Shown here piece after piece: positions 1 through 13,106 of a stretch of 64,000 nucleotides of DNA (position 1 is its first letter; each line of letters begins with the position of its first letter). Position numbers and translations under genes: made by a program. The stretch is from Malacoraja senta (Eukaryota). The notes beneath the pieces were generated by a model. It had not been told where the DNA came from and did not search any database. It saw only the letters and a program-made list of their open reading frames with translations. The stretch lies in contig CM075997.1 in NCBI GenBank assembly GCA_038087875.1, positions 2,172,001-2,236,000 on the forward strand, written 5' to 3'.

Positions 1-603
1 AGTATTATGTTCAATTTTGGACATCCTGCTATGGGAAAGATGTCCCTAACCCGGAAAGAGCACAGAAAAGATTTATGGGGAAGTTGCTAGTACTGTGTTA
101 TAGGAAATGGTTATGCAGGCTAGTTCTTTATTGCTTGGAAAGTAGGAGACGGAGGGATGATCATATAACGTTTAAGAAGGAACTGCAGATGCTAGAAAAT
201 CATCGAAGGTAGACAAAAATGCTGGAGAAACTCAGTGGGTGAGGCAGCATCTATGGAGTGAAGGAAATAGGCAACGTTTCGGGTCGAGACCCTTCATTTG
301 ACGAAGTTGCCTATTTCCTTCGCTCCATAGATGCTGCCTCACCCGCTGAGTTTCTCCAGCATTTTTGTCTACCGATGATCTTATAGTGGTGTGTTAAATC
401 ATGAGGGGCGTAGATAAGGTGAATGCACACAGTCTTCTTCCCAGGGTTAGGAGATCAAGAAGTAGATAGGTTTATGGTGAGACAGGAAAGATTTAATGGG
501 AACCTGATTGTAGATCAAACAGCGTTGCAGATTTGATCCGTGTCTGGTTTTGCTGCTGATGACCTGATCCAAATTCCATGTCAGGTTTTCACAAGGTGGT
601 GGT

Positions 604-1192
604 GTGGAAAACCTGACATGGATTACCTCCCCCCTTGACTCCATTCAAGGACCCGAGCAGTCTTTCCAGGTGCGGCAGTGGTTCACCTGCATCTCCTCCA
701 ACCTCATTTATTGCATCCGCTGCTCTAGGTGTCAGCTGCTCTACATCGACAAGACCAAGCGTAGGCTTGGCGATCGCTTCGCCCAACACCTCCGCTCGGT
801 TCGCAATAACCAACTTGATCTCCCGGTGGCTCAGCACTTCAACTCCCCCTCCCATTCCGAATCCGACCTTTCTGGCCTGGGCCTCCTCCATGGACAGAGT
901 GAGGACCACCGTAAATTGGAGGAGCAGCACCTCATATTTCGCTTGGGTAGTTTACACCCCAGCGGTATGAACATTGACTTCTCCAATATTAGGTAGTCCC
1001 TGCTTTCCCTTTTCTCCTCCCCTTCCCAGCTCTCCCACAGATCACATCTCCGCCTCTTCCTTTCTTCTTCCCGCCCCCCCCCCACCCCCACATCAGTCTG
1101 AAGAAGGGTCTCAACCCGATAAACGGCGCCTATTTCCTTCTCCCCATAGATGCTGCCTCACCCGCTGAGTTTCTCCAGCATTTTTGTCTACC
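604..1192 (+). mobile_element. Penelope-like element 3' fragment with GIY-YIG endonuclease domain
   Basis: ORF 604-996 FTCISSNLIYCIRCSRC..LYI.KTKRRLGDRF..H...PVAQHFN; 3' tail with CTGAAGA hammerhead-like core. Confidence 0.85.
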
Positions 1193-1530
1193 TTGGATTA
1201 TAGATCAGGTCATCAGCAGCAAAACCAGACGGATCAAATCAGCAACGCTGTTTGATCTACACTGAGGGGCAACTTTTTCCACACAGAGGGTGGTGGGTAT
1301 GTGGAAAATCACTTTGTTGACAGACAAAGTGATTGATACAGGTACAATAACAATATTTAGAAGGTATTTGGACAGGTGCATAGACAGGGAAAGGTTGAGA
1401 AGGACATAGGTCTAATGCGGTCCAATGGGACTAGTGTACATGTGTATCTTGGTCGGCAGGGATGAGTTAAGATGAAGGGCATGTCTCTATGCTGTATCAC
1501 TAAGAATGTTGGCAGAGTGTGGAGGTTGGG

Positions 1531-1605
1531 CTATATTTGGAGCTCTGCATCCAGTTCAGGGCACCACAGGAAGAATAAATCAGCTTTCAAGTGCTTCTGG
1601 AAATC
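1531..1605 (-). CDS. Possible terminal coding exon (DFQKHLKADLFFLWCPELDAELQI*)
   Basis: Long pyrimidine tract ttcattttcattttctttttcgttacctcag, open in phase 0 to TAG. Confidence 0.35.
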   Translation of the reverse strand, partial: DFQKHLKADLFFLWCPELDAELQI

Positions 1606-2430
1606 CTGAGGTAACGAAAAAGAAAATGAAAATGAACATCAATCTCTCTCGCCCTTTCACAACTCTGTTAGGGATGGGATTATCAATAACCTAATTTGGG
1701 CAACCTGGTTCTGCAGCGGGTAGTGCTGTTGCCTCACAGCTCCAGCGACCCTGTTTCAATCCAAGCTTCCGATGCTGTTTGCGTGGAGTTTGCACGATCC
1801 CCTTGGCTGTTCCAATTTTCTCCCACATCCATAGTTTAGTTTAGTTTAACATAGTTTAGAGATACAGCGCGGAAACAGGCCCTTTGGCCCACCTAATCCG
1901 CGCTGACTGGCGAACCCCGCACATTAACACGATCCTACACACACTAGTGACGAGTTACAATTTTACCAAGACAATTAGCCTGCAAACGTGTACGTCTTTC
2001 GAGCGTGGGAGGAAACCAGAGCACCCGGAGAAAACCCACAGAGGTCATGGGGGGAATGTACAAACTCCGTACAGGCAGTACCCGTGGTCAGGATTGAACC
2101 AGGGTCTCTGACGCGGTGAGGCAGCAACTCTACCGCTGCGCCGCCATAGGTTATTGGATGGTGTAAATCATGTCTGGTGTAGGTGGGAGGTGGGAGAATC
2201 AGATAGTGCCCTGCACACAGTCACCAAGGCTAGTAAATAGGTTAAAGGTGCTCTGGTTTCCTCCCATATCCCAATGACGTGCAGGTTTGTAGGTTAACTG
2301 GCCTCAGTAACTTGCCCCTCGTGTATACAGGGTGGATGTGAAATTGGGATAACATAGAACTAGTGTGGTCGGCGAGGACTCAGTGGGCCGAAGGGCCCGT
2401 TTCCATGCTTGCTTTCAATTCAATGCTTAC

Positions 2431-2496
2431 CTTGCCCTTGCCTTCGCTGTCCGAGGAGCTGCTGGAGCTGGAGCTGGAGGAGTGACCAGCGTCTAC
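2431..2496 (-). CDS. Putative exon of the same unidentified gene (VDAGHSSSSSSSSSSDSEGKGK)
   Basis: Strong acceptor cctcttctgttctctgtccatgtag, donor AAG|gtaagc, 66 nt phase 0-0 matching the upstream exon. Confidence 0.65.
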
Positions 2497-2980
2497 CTAC
2501 ATGGACAGAGAACAGAAGAGGATCAGTACGGACAACACCCACTGACTCATTCAACCAACAACGCCTGAAATGTTCATTCACAGTAGACAGTAATTTCAAT
2601 CCTGCCGGCGATGCGATTGTTTTCCGGTTCGTATCTCCGGTTGCTCTGCAGCCTAACATCCTGGAGCTGGAGGCCTCTGGTCTGAGCCTCACCGCAGGGG
2701 CGTGGACTTACCATCAGAGCCGATCCCTTGCCTGGGTAGAGACCTACATGTCGGGAGCTCCAACGACACAGAAGGTTTGATAAACCTCGACCCGGGGTCA
2801 GATCGCTCGGCATGGGGGAGCTGAGATCCCCCCCCCCGATGCAGGAGCTTGATCACCCCGACGCCGAGGGCCCGACCGCCGGCTGCGAGAGTAAGATCGC
2901 CCCGTCAACGGAAGGCTCAAGGCCCCTGCCCGCAGGAGAACAAAGAAGGGAAGAGATTGAACTTATTTTTGCCTTCCATC

Positions 2981-3447
2981 GGGAATGGCGGGACTGTCAT
3001 ATGCTGAGAGAATGGAGCAGCAGGGCTTGTACACTCTGGAGTTTAGAAGAATGAGAGGGGATCTCATTGAAACATATAAGATTGTTAAGGGCTTGGACAC
3101 GCTAGAGGCAGGAAACATGTTCCCGGTGTTGGGGGAGTCCAGAACCAGGGGCCACAGTTTAAGATAAGGAGTAAGCCATTTAGAACGGAGACGAGGAAAC
3201 ACGTTTTCTCACAGAGAGTGGTGAGTCTGTGGAATTCTCTGCCTCAGAGGGCGGTGGAGGCCGGTTCTCTGGATGCTTTCAAGAGAAAGCTAGATAGGGC
3301 TCTTAAAAATAGCGGAGTCGGGAGATATGGGGAGAAGGCAGGAACGGGGTACTGATTGGGGATGATCAGCCATGATCACATTGAATGGCGGTGCTGGCTC
3401 GAAGGGCCGAATGGCCTACTCCTGCACCTAATGTATATTGTCTATTG
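2981..3447 (+). mobile_element. CR1 LINE 3' fragment
   Basis: GLSY.ER...[21 protein letters not shown]...RTRGHSL; (TATTGTC) tail; tccatc duplicated at the flanks. Confidence 0.9.
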
Positions 3448-4043
3448 TCCATCACAGTGAGGAATGTGGAGGAGTCACTGTGGTGGATGTTTATGTAAAA
3501 ATGTATTTTGTGTGTCCTGTTGCTTTTTACTTGTATGACTGACTTGGCAAATGAAATTCCTCATATTTGGCTAATAAAGTATTATTGTGTTGTATTTTCT
3601 CCATGTAATGAGCACCTACATAATTCCCTCCAACTGTCCTTGTAAGTTCAAAGCCCCCAGTAACATAGCCATGGTCGTTCCTAGGCCTGGCCAAGCTGGC
3701 CATCCGCGAGTCACGACTCCAGGCGGAAGAGGGCTCTGCCCGAGCCGGCTGCCTGCCCCTTTTCCTGGGTTAAATCCACATCTGGGTCGTACTAGAGAGC
3801 GCTGACCACGTGCTGTCCACGGACACCCTGGGGGATTTCACTGGTGGTGGATTTAGTTTTCATTTATTTCATACTGTACATATTATTGTAAATAATTGTA
3901 AACGGGTGACCGATGATCGGTGTGGACTCAATGGGCCGAAGGGCCTGATTCCACGCTAGAATCTCTAAACTAAACGAAAGAAAGTGTCAGAAAACCTTGG
4001 CTGGACAGCTGGGGGAAAGCAGAGAGGTTAATATTAAGCGGAG

Positions 4044-4635
4044 ACAGATACATAGATACATAGAAAAATAGGTGCAGGAGTAGGCCATTCGGCCCTTCGA
4101 GCCTGCACCGCCATTCAATATGATCATGGCTGATCATCCAACTCAGTATCCCGTACCTGCCTTCCTCCATACCCCCTGATCCCTTTAGCCACAAGGGCCA
4201 CATCTAACTCCCTCTTAAATATAGCCAATGAACTGGCCTCAACTACCCTCTGTGGCAGAGAGTTCCAGAGATTCACCACTCTCTGTGTGAAAATGTTTTT
4301 CCTCATCTCGGTCTTAAAGGATTTCCCCCTTATCCTTAAGCTGTGAACCCCTTGTCCTGGACTTCCCCAACATCGGGATCAATCTTCCTGCATCTAGCCT
4401 GTCCAACCCCATAAGAATTTTTGTACGTTTCTATAAGATCCCCTCTCAATCTCCTAAATTCTAGCGAGTATAAGCCAAGTCTATCCAGTCTTTCTTCATA
4501 TGAAAGTCCTGACATCCCAGGAATCAGTCTGGTGAACCTTCTCTGCACTCCCTCTATGGCTATAATGTCCTTCCTCAGATTTGGAGACCAAAACTGTACG
4601 CAATACTCCAGTGTGGTCTCACCAAGACCCTGTAC
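4044..4635 (-). mobile_element. CR1 LINE 3' fragment
   Basis: [28 protein letters not shown]; (CTATGTAT) tail. Confidence 0.9.
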
Positions 4636-4671
4636 AGTTTTTACCTTTTTCCAGATCTGAACAGTTTTTAC

Positions 4672-5000
4672 CTTTTTATGCCGTTTGCCACTCTGGTCTT
4701 TGGAGTCACCATTTTTCTCATCGTTGTTCACAGTGGCATCGCCCGCGTTACCTTGGCCATCCTTCTGGCTGTCCGCGGTGTTACTGGCACTCCCTTCAAC
4801 CTCTCCGTGGTGTGGCTCTGGGTCTCCTGTGTTTGCCGTGGCATCTCCAGGGTCCTCTTTGGCATCTGGTTCCTTCACCTTGGCTTCCATGGCACCCCCA
4901 CTGGCATCGCCGCCAGTGCCCTCTTTGGTGTCGTTGAGCTCGTGCTTGCCAGAGACACCCTCCGTCACCTCAGAGCCTTTAGTAGACGTCTTGCTGCACT
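4672..5000 (-). CDS. Putative internal exon of an unidentified gene; acidic G/D/E/K/T-rich disordered peptide ([21 protein letters not shown]...[12 protein letters not shown])
   Basis: 329 nt open frame of non-repeat, coding-like composition; pyrimidine tract and cag acceptor; AAG|gtaaaa donor. Confidence 0.6.
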
Positions 5001-5736
5001 CTGCTTCCCAACAAAGAGGAGAGTTTAGGACCGCATGGAATGGTTAGCAGGAATTTCTGGGTGGCACAGAGGTGCCGCTGCTTCACAGCTTCGGTGACCC
5101 GGGTGCAATCCTCACCACCGGGAGAATGTGTGCACCTCTCTCCAAGCGCCAGAGTTCCGGGTTCGATCCTAACCTCGGCTGCCGTCTTTTTTTGCACGTT
5201 CTCCCTGTGAACGCATAAAATTTCCCCTGGGCCCTCTGGTTTCCTCCCACATCCCAAAGGCACATAGAGTTTGCAGGTTAATTGGCCCTCTGTGAATTGC
5301 CCCGATTGTGTGGAGTTGGCAGGTTAGCTGGCTACTGTAAATGTGCCTTGGGTGTGGGTAAGTGGTAGAATCTGGTTGTGTTTGAGGTGAATGGGGGTAG
5401 AATCAAATTGGATTGGTGTAGGTGGTGTTAGGCGGTCAGCACAAATTTCAAGAGAGTTTATTGTCATGTGTCTCAGATAGGACAATGAAATTCTTGCTTT
5501 GCTTCAGCACAACAGAACATAGTAGGCATGAATACAGAACAGATCAGTGTGTCCATATACCATTATATAAATATATACACACATGAATAAATAAACAGAT
5601 AAAGTGCAAATAAACAGATAATGGGCTATTAATGTTCAGAGATTTGTTTCAGTTGAGTTTAATAGCCTGCTGGCTGTGGGGAAGTAGCTATTCCTGAACC
5701 TGGATTGTTGCAGATTTCAGGCTCCTGTACCTTCTA

Positions 5737-5936
5737 NNNNNNNNNNNNNNNNNNNNNNNNNNNNNNNNNNNNNNNNNNNNNNNNNNNNNNNNNNNNNNNN
5801 NNNNNNNNNNNNNNNNNNNNNNNNNNNNNNNNNNNNNNNNNNNNNNNNNNNNNNNNNNNNNNNNNNNNNNNNNNNNNNNNNNNNNNNNNNNNNNNNNNNN
5901 NNNNNNNNNNNNNNNNNNNNNNNNNNNNNNNNNNNN
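5737..5936. other. Assembly gap (200 N)
   Basis: Run of N. Confidence 1.
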
Positions 5937-6790
5937 TTTTGTAGTTCATCCATGCAGTCTTTAAATGCCTTCCATTGCATATTCACCGTCAACCCTTTTA
6001 GAACTAATTGCCAGTCAATCTTGGCCAATTCACGTCTCATACCCTCAAAGTTACCTTTCTTTAAGTTCAGAACCGTTGTTTCTGAATTAACAATGTCACT
6101 CTCCATCCTAATGAAGAACTCAACCATATTATGGTCACTCTTGCCCAAGGGGGCACGCACAACAAGACTGCTAACTAACCCTTCCTCATTACTCAATACC
6201 CAGTCTAGAATAGCCTGCTCTCTCGTTGGTTCCTCTACATGTTGGTTTAGATAACTATCCCGCATACATTCCAAGAAATCCTCTTCCTCAGCACCCCTGC
6301 CAATTTGATTCACCCAATCTATATGTAGATTGAAGTCACCCATTATAACTGTTTTGCCTTTGTTGCACGCATTTCTAATTTCCTGATTGATGCCATCCCC
6401 AACTTCACTACTACTGCTAGGTGGCCTGTACACAACACCCACCAGCGTTTTCTGCCCCTTAGTGTTTCGCAGCTCTACCCATACCGATTCCACATCCTCC
6501 AAGCTAATGTCCTTCCTTTCCACTGCGTTAATCTCCTCTCTAACCAGCAACACGACCCCACCTCCTTTTCCTTTCTCTCTATCCCTCCTGAATATTGAAT
6601 ATCCCTGGATGTTCAGCTCCCAGCCTTGGTCACCCTGGAGCCATGTCTCCGTGATCCCAACTATATCATAATCATTAATAGCTATCTGCACGTTTAACTC
6701 ATCCACCTTATTACGAATGCTCCTTGCATTGAGACACAAAAAGCCTTCAGGCTTGTTTTTACAACGCTCTTACCCCTTATACAATTATGT
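5937..6790 (-). mobile_element. CR1 LINE ORF2 N-terminal AP-endonuclease region, truncated by the assembly gap
   Basis: CLNARSIRNK, GITETW, VYRPP, MGDFN, LDWVL, SDH motifs of the APE domain. Confidence 0.92.
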
Positions 6791-6829
6791 TGAAAAGTGA
6801 TGGGAATGGGGAGAGAATAAGTTGGGAGT

Positions 6830-7080
6830 GGCGATATCACATGGAATCCAGGGTGAGCTTGCTAACTGGATAGAGAATTGGCTTCATGGAGGGAAGCAGA
6901 GGGTGATGGTGGAAGGTTGTTTTTCGGACTGGAGGCCTGGCTCAGGATCAGCGCTGGGCCCTCTGCTGTTTGTGGTTTATATCAACAATTTGGATGAGAA
7001 TGTACAAGGCATGATTAGTAAGTTTGTGGATGACACGAAAGTGGGTGGCCTCTCAGATCGTGAAAATGGCTATCAAATGG
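6830..7080 (+). mobile_element. Old CR1-type RT fragment
   Basis: WIENWL..KQRVMV, GS.LGPLLF..YIN.L, SKFVDDTK motifs. Confidence 0.8.
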
Positions 7081-8137
7081 TAGAGGGCCAACAGCATCTT
7101 CTGACCCAGTGTCACAGCCAGGACAATGGGCCTTCACTGCAAAGTTAACACTTGACATTGTTAACCACATTGGTCTTCACTCCATACACTAGTTCTATCC
7201 TACACACATACACACACGGGACAATTTATAATTTTGCCAAAGCCAATTAACCTACAAACCTGTACATCTTTGGAGCATCGCTGGAAACTGGGACACCTGG
7301 AGAAAACCCACGTGGTCACATAAAATGTGCAAACACATACAGCAGCTGTGTCCATTCATCAGGTCTGATGAATGGGGAAAGCGACTAAGTGAAATGTATT
7401 TGCTCTTACTCTTGGGCTGATAGCATATAGTTGTGTGTATAAGGGCTGCACAGTGTCGCAGTGGTAGAGTTGCTGCCTTACAGCACCAAGACCCAGGTTC
7501 GATCCCGACTACGGGTGCTGTCTGTACAGAGTTCATACTGTGATCGCGTGGGTTTTCTCTGGGTGCTCTGGTTTCCTCCCACACTCCAAAGACATACAGG
7601 TTTGTAGGACAATTGGCATTTGTAAAATTGTAAATCGTCCTTAGTTTAATGTACTTAGTGTATCAGGCGGTTGGCGGGGATTCAGTGGGCCAAAGAGCCT
7701 GTTTCCACGTTGTACCTCTAAAGTCTAACATAAAAATATAAACACAAAACACTATGAGTCTTTCCATTTATTATTCAACATATCCAGGAGTTGACCATTT
7801 GTGCTTTTATAAATGCAACAAAATACTTCTTTCAAAATGACAAAAAATAAAATATAAAAATAACAGCTGTAATTACATAACTGTAGGATCAGTCACGTAA
7901 CTTGGGTAACTGCCCTGAAGACAAAATGGTGGGATTTCAACTCATGCCATTATTCAAAGAATAACATCTCATACCATGGCTCCTACACAAGTCTCATCCA
8001 GTTTACGATGGAGTTCTTGACATGTACGTCCTGATAAATAGAAAAGGTTTATGTTTTCAAGCTGTAAAATAAACACCAATTTTGTGACAGCAAGTTGGTA
8101 ACTTTAGAGTTTTATAAAGTTTATAGAGTTTTAAATT

Positions 8138-8520
8138 TGAAACATATAAGATTGTTAAGGGTTTGGACACGCTCGAGGCAGGAAACATGTTCCCGATGTT
8201 GGGGGAGTCCAGAACCAGGGGCCACAGTTTAAGAATAAGGGGTAAGCCATTTAGAACGGAGACGAGGAAACACTTTTTCTCACAGAGAGTGGTGAGTCTG
8301 TGGAATTCTCTGCCTCAGAGGGCGGTGGAGGCAGGTTCTCTGGATGCTTTCAAGAGAGAGCTAGATAGGGCTCTTAAAAATAGCGGAGTTAGGGGATATG
8401 GGGAGAAGGCAGGAACAGGGTGCCGATTGGGGATGATCAGCCATGATCATATTGAATGGTGGTGTTGGCTCGAAGGGCCGGATGGCCTACTCCTGCACCT
8501 ATTATGTATTGTCTATTGTT
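8138..8520 (+). mobile_element. CR1 LINE 3' fragment
   Basis: RTRGHSLRI...FFSQRVV.LWNSLP...FKRELD. Confidence 0.9.
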
Positions 8521-10357
8521 GAGTTTTACAATTAGATGTGGCCACAGGGTTATGTCCATGTTAATTGAGGAAAATGCACTGGAGAAGAATTTTAAAAGAT
8601 ATAATAATTGTCTCTTCTAACTCCACCATGACCAGTGAGTCTTCCTCCATCTTCATGGTCCCATCTTCTCCCCAACCCAGGGGATCTTCAAGGTCTCCTC
8701 AAAGCATATGATTTCTTTCAGTTTCCTTTCCTAATTTTTCAACGATTTGGAATTCAAATCAGTACTAAAGTAGTTATTAGTCATAGCAGGAGTGTGGAAA
8801 CTGGCCCTTCAGCCCAACTTGCCCATACTGACCAACACACCCCATCCACACTAGTCCCACCAGCCTGCAAACAAAGACTCTCTAATAACACAGCTTGTAG
8901 TTTCAGACAGTGTAAAGACCTGCAATGAAAACCAATAAGCGGACTGGTGGCCATCCAGTGACAAAATCTTGCAGCCAGAGTCAGTGCAAGCATTAGAAAC
9001 ACCAGAAGAACCAGCCAAAGAGTGGAAAACTTTGACGAGGGGGATGTCCTTTTAGCTTTTAAAAAATGACCACCTTCTGATTTTAACTGGAAATAATGTC
9101 AGAATTGAAAGTCCCAAGTTGGGTGTTCAGTGCTCATAAAACTATGCACAGTTTTATTATGCGATAGTTACGTTCCTCAGAAACCTTGCGCTACTGAAAA
9201 TCTCTTCATAAAAAGCAGTTGAGTCGTTGGGGAAATGGGGTGAGGGGCTGGAGTACTTCAGACTCCCACTGGACTTTCAAAAATAAAGCTCTTTTTAAAA
9301 GCTACAAGGTTATTTTTATTACAGCAGGCCAAAAGTAATAAAGGGTATTTAATACATTATCGATCTTTACACAAGTTTCAATAGAAGTGATCACTTGCCA
9401 ATTTCAAGTAAGGGATAATGGTGCCTGTTACTGCAGGCAGGTTACCCAAGACCATAAGACATGGGAGCATAATTAGGCCATTCGGCCCATTGAGTATGCT
9501 CCACCATTAGATCTATATTCCCTCTCAACCCCATTCTTCTGCCTTGTCCCCATAACATTTGAAGCCCTTACTAAGAACCTACAAATCTCTGCTTTTAAAA
9601 TACCCATGACTTTGGGCTCCACAGACATCTGCGGCAATGAATGCCACAGATTCACTACCCCCTTGATAAATAAATTCCTCATCTCATCTCCTTTCGAATG
9701 GTACGTCCTTTTATTCTGAGGCTGTGGCCTCTCGCCCTGGATCCTCCCACTACATCCTCTCTATCCAGGATTTTCATTATTCAGTAGGTTTTATTGAGAT
9801 CACTTGGAAACACATTTGGCGCCAAGACAGCTTTTCGCTTCTTGCCAATTTCCAAACGAACTTTTAAGTCGTTCTCTCGTTCCCAATTAAAATGGAATTA
9901 TAATGAATAAGGCCAGCGTAATACAAATAATATTCCCTAATTCGTTAATCGCATTATACCCATTCGCGTGTGGAAACAGGCATTGTCGCTGAACTATGTG
10001 TACACAAATGCCTTTCTTCTCTGAACCCATTAGTACAAGCTGAATATACACCTTTAGTGGAGAGTCTAGATCCAGAGGCCATAGCCTTAGAATAAACGGA
10101 CGTAGTTTTTTTATCATCATGCCATCAGGCTTCTGAACTCATAAACGCATCATATATGTTGATTATTTTATTTATCATTGTCTTTTATCTACCAATGTCA
10201 CTTTTATTTTATCTTTTTTTTAACCTTAATTTTATCCTTGTAATATCATTGCTGAGGTGACCCCTTGTCAAACACATTTCATTGTACCGTTGACCCTGTG
10301 TTAAGTAACCTACATGTGACAAATACTGAACTGAACATTCAGAAAGGAGATGAGAAC

Positions 10358-11205
10358 AAATTAGAGAGATTAGAGATTCCTTTATTTGTCATTCAGACCT
10401 TTCGGTCTGAACGAAATTTCGTTGCCTGCAGTCATACATATAATAATAAATAACAAAACACACAATAAACACAAATTAAACATCCACCACAGTGAGTTCA
10501 CCAGGCACCTCCTCACTGTGATGGAGGCAAAAGTCTTAAAGTCTCTGTCTCTTCCCTCCTTGTTCTCCCTCTGCGCTGAGGCGATCCAGGCTTCTGATGT
10601 TGTGACCCCACCGGGTGATGATAAGTCAATCCCGCGGCTGAATCCGTGCTCCGTCCGCGACGGGCCGATTCAAACTCCGCGGCCCGGGGTGGCCGAAGCT
10701 GCCGCCCTCCAGTCCAGCGGACGCAGCTGTAGTTGCGGGAGCCCCAGAAAAACAGGTCACCCTCCTGTGACCTGCGCGCTCCCGAAGATGTCGTCCACTG
10801 GGCCAGCCGCGGCCGAGCCCCGGATTCAGGTCGCCACCAGTGTCTTTGGTCGCCACCGCCGCAACGCCACCGCAGCCCCGAAGTTGGCCAGCCCCGCGCT
10901 GGTAAGTCCTGGCTCTGCCTCCGGAGCCTCGAGGTCGGTCGGTCGCTCGCAGTTGGAGTTGGAGGCCGGCAGCTCCGCCATTAGGCCTCAGCGCAGACGG
11001 AGGCAGAGAAGGGGGATGCGACAAGAAAAAGTCGCATTCCCCCGAAGGAAGAGACAAAAGTCATGTTTCACCCCCCCACCCCACACATACACAACCCAAT
11101 AAACTAAAATTTAACTAAAACAGACAAAAGAAAACAACAAAAAAAGTAAAGACAGACGGACTGCAGGCGAGCCGCTGCTGTTCGACAGCGCCGCCACTTC
11201 CGGAG
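10358..11205 (-). mobile_element. GC-rich non-coding retroposon-like element
   Basis: CpG-rich body starting ccggaagtggcggc on the minus strand; AATAAA plus short-repeat tail; shares a 3' hairpin module with elements at about 2590-3585 and 59420-59990. Confidence 0.55.
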
Positions 11206-12931
11206 GGAATCTTTAATCAGAGGGTGGTGAATCTGTGGAATTCATTGCCACAGACGGCTGTGGAGGCCAAGTCAATGGATATTTTTAAGGCAGACAGACT
11301 TTTATTTAGTAAGGGTGTCAGGGGCTATGGGGAGAAGGCAGGAGAATGGGGTTGAGAGGGAAAGGTAGATCAGCTGTGATTGAATGGCGGAGTAATCTTG
11401 ATGGGACGAATGCCCTTATTCTTCTCCTAGGACTAATGAACTGTCATGTAGGAACCAGGAGATTTGGACTACTGAGTTGGTGCCCTGTATTCACTTGATT
11501 TATGTTTAAACTGTATCGGCCAGGTTCTAATGAGTAAAACACTGTGGGCCCAAAGCCTTCTCACCCATCTCCTGAAGACTTTGGGTAGTTGACAAGGGTT
11601 GCAGGGGTTATCAAAAGTCATTCAGATGCAATAAGAGATTGCTACTCTGGAATTGAATCCCAGGGTCTGGCTGCAGTTAAACAAAGGCTTCTTTATGTTG
11701 CATCTGGTTGTTATTAAGTTGGGCAACAGAAAATAGGAAGTTCCATTCCCAGCACTAACAGACCTCACTCCAAACATTCATATTAAAACTTCACAGCCTC
11801 AACATCCTGAAATAGCATCCTAGGAAAACATTTAGAACCAGTTCCAAACATGTTATTTACAGCTTGGTCAATCCAACAATAACTACACACAGTGAGTGGC
11901 TTGTTATGTTCACTTAGCCTCTCCTCTATCCAGAGTTTGTTTTCTCTTTCCATTGGAGATAGAGGTCCCTTTAATACAGATGCACTATTTACAAGCCATG
12001 CAAATTTCTTCAGGATTTGTGGCTCTCTGTACAAGAGGAAACTGCCAAGTAGGTTCACACAGAAAAAAAAACACTTCCCTCAGTTTGATGATGGGATACA
12101 CACTTGGTTATAAACATGACTCTGAGTGTCAGGCAGACAAAGTTTGCGCCAGCTCTCCTGATACAAGGATCATTCTTCATCCTCTCTCCCACCTCATTGC
12201 AACAAATAACGCCTCCTTTTCCGTGCTGGTTGGTGTTCTCTTTCTGCTGGTGTTTGTGGAAGCCTGACTCCTTCCCCCAGGAAAAACAAATATCCCTTCT
12301 CCCAAAGATAGAAAATAAAATAAATACACACACTCCATATTGATCAAAAAATAAAGCCCGCCTGCACAGAAATTGGACGCACATGAAATGTTCTATTTCA
12401 CCCTTTCCCCTGGTTTAGTTCCACACTTTTCTCTACCCCATTTTACTAATAATTCAAACACTGAATCCCTCTGTGGCCGAAGCAATGTCTCGTGTTAGAT
12501 CAAATCCAGATTATTGGACTGCATTGTCAGTTCAATTGAGCAAGTTGACAGTGAGATCACACAACAGGCAGCCAAAAATACAAACTTTGTATAAAAAGAC
12601 TGGAGCAGATTAAATCTTTTACCTGGGGGAGAGAACTGCAACTATAATGTGCCCTAACGCTTGCCTGCAAATGCCACACATGCAAAATGATCTTAACTGC
12701 TCTGCTTCAGCTGAACAGTGAACAGCTGTAACTACGTGTGGCCATTTAATCATTCAACTCAAAGTAAATGAAACAAAGCTTAAAATAAAACCTCGACTCT
12801 GCACCAGACAAGCAACAAGCACTGCAGGATGCAGGTATTATTAAGGGGGGTTCACTTTGAAACAAAAACCTGCAGCACTATTTTAGAATCTATATAGTAT
12901 GCATTAAGTTAGATGCTCAATGAGTTTTATT

Positions 12932-13106
12932 GGCCTGTCCCACTTACGCGTCACGCCTGTTTGGTGGTGAGTAGTCGCCCAAAGAGTCGTATCTTTTTCT
13001 GGTCGCCGCTGGATTTTCAACATGTTGAAAATTTTCGACAACCTGCTGCGACTATGGCAGGTGCCAGGAAAAAAAAAAAAAAAATCGGGTAGGTGGGACA
13101 GGCCCT
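12932..13106. mobile_element. Harbinger-like MITE (partial relative at about 54931-55160)
   Basis: ggcctgtcccact...gtgggacaggcc termini; shared core attttcaacatgttgaaaat. Confidence 0.7.

Noticed and set aside
4336..4968. 210-aa ORF as a single gene
   Set aside because: Chimera of a probable host exon reading through its splice donor into a CR1 fragment
5705..5949. ORFs spanning poly-X
   Set aside because: Artefacts of the N gap
10386..11102. 238-aa plus-strand ORF
   Set aside because: GC-rich repeat-like element with ORFs in several frames on both strands, no true ATG start and no recognisable domain
11783..12384. Cluster of overlapping 70-120 aa ORFs in non-repetitive sequence
   Set aside because: No convincing splice-site pairs or recognisable protein features
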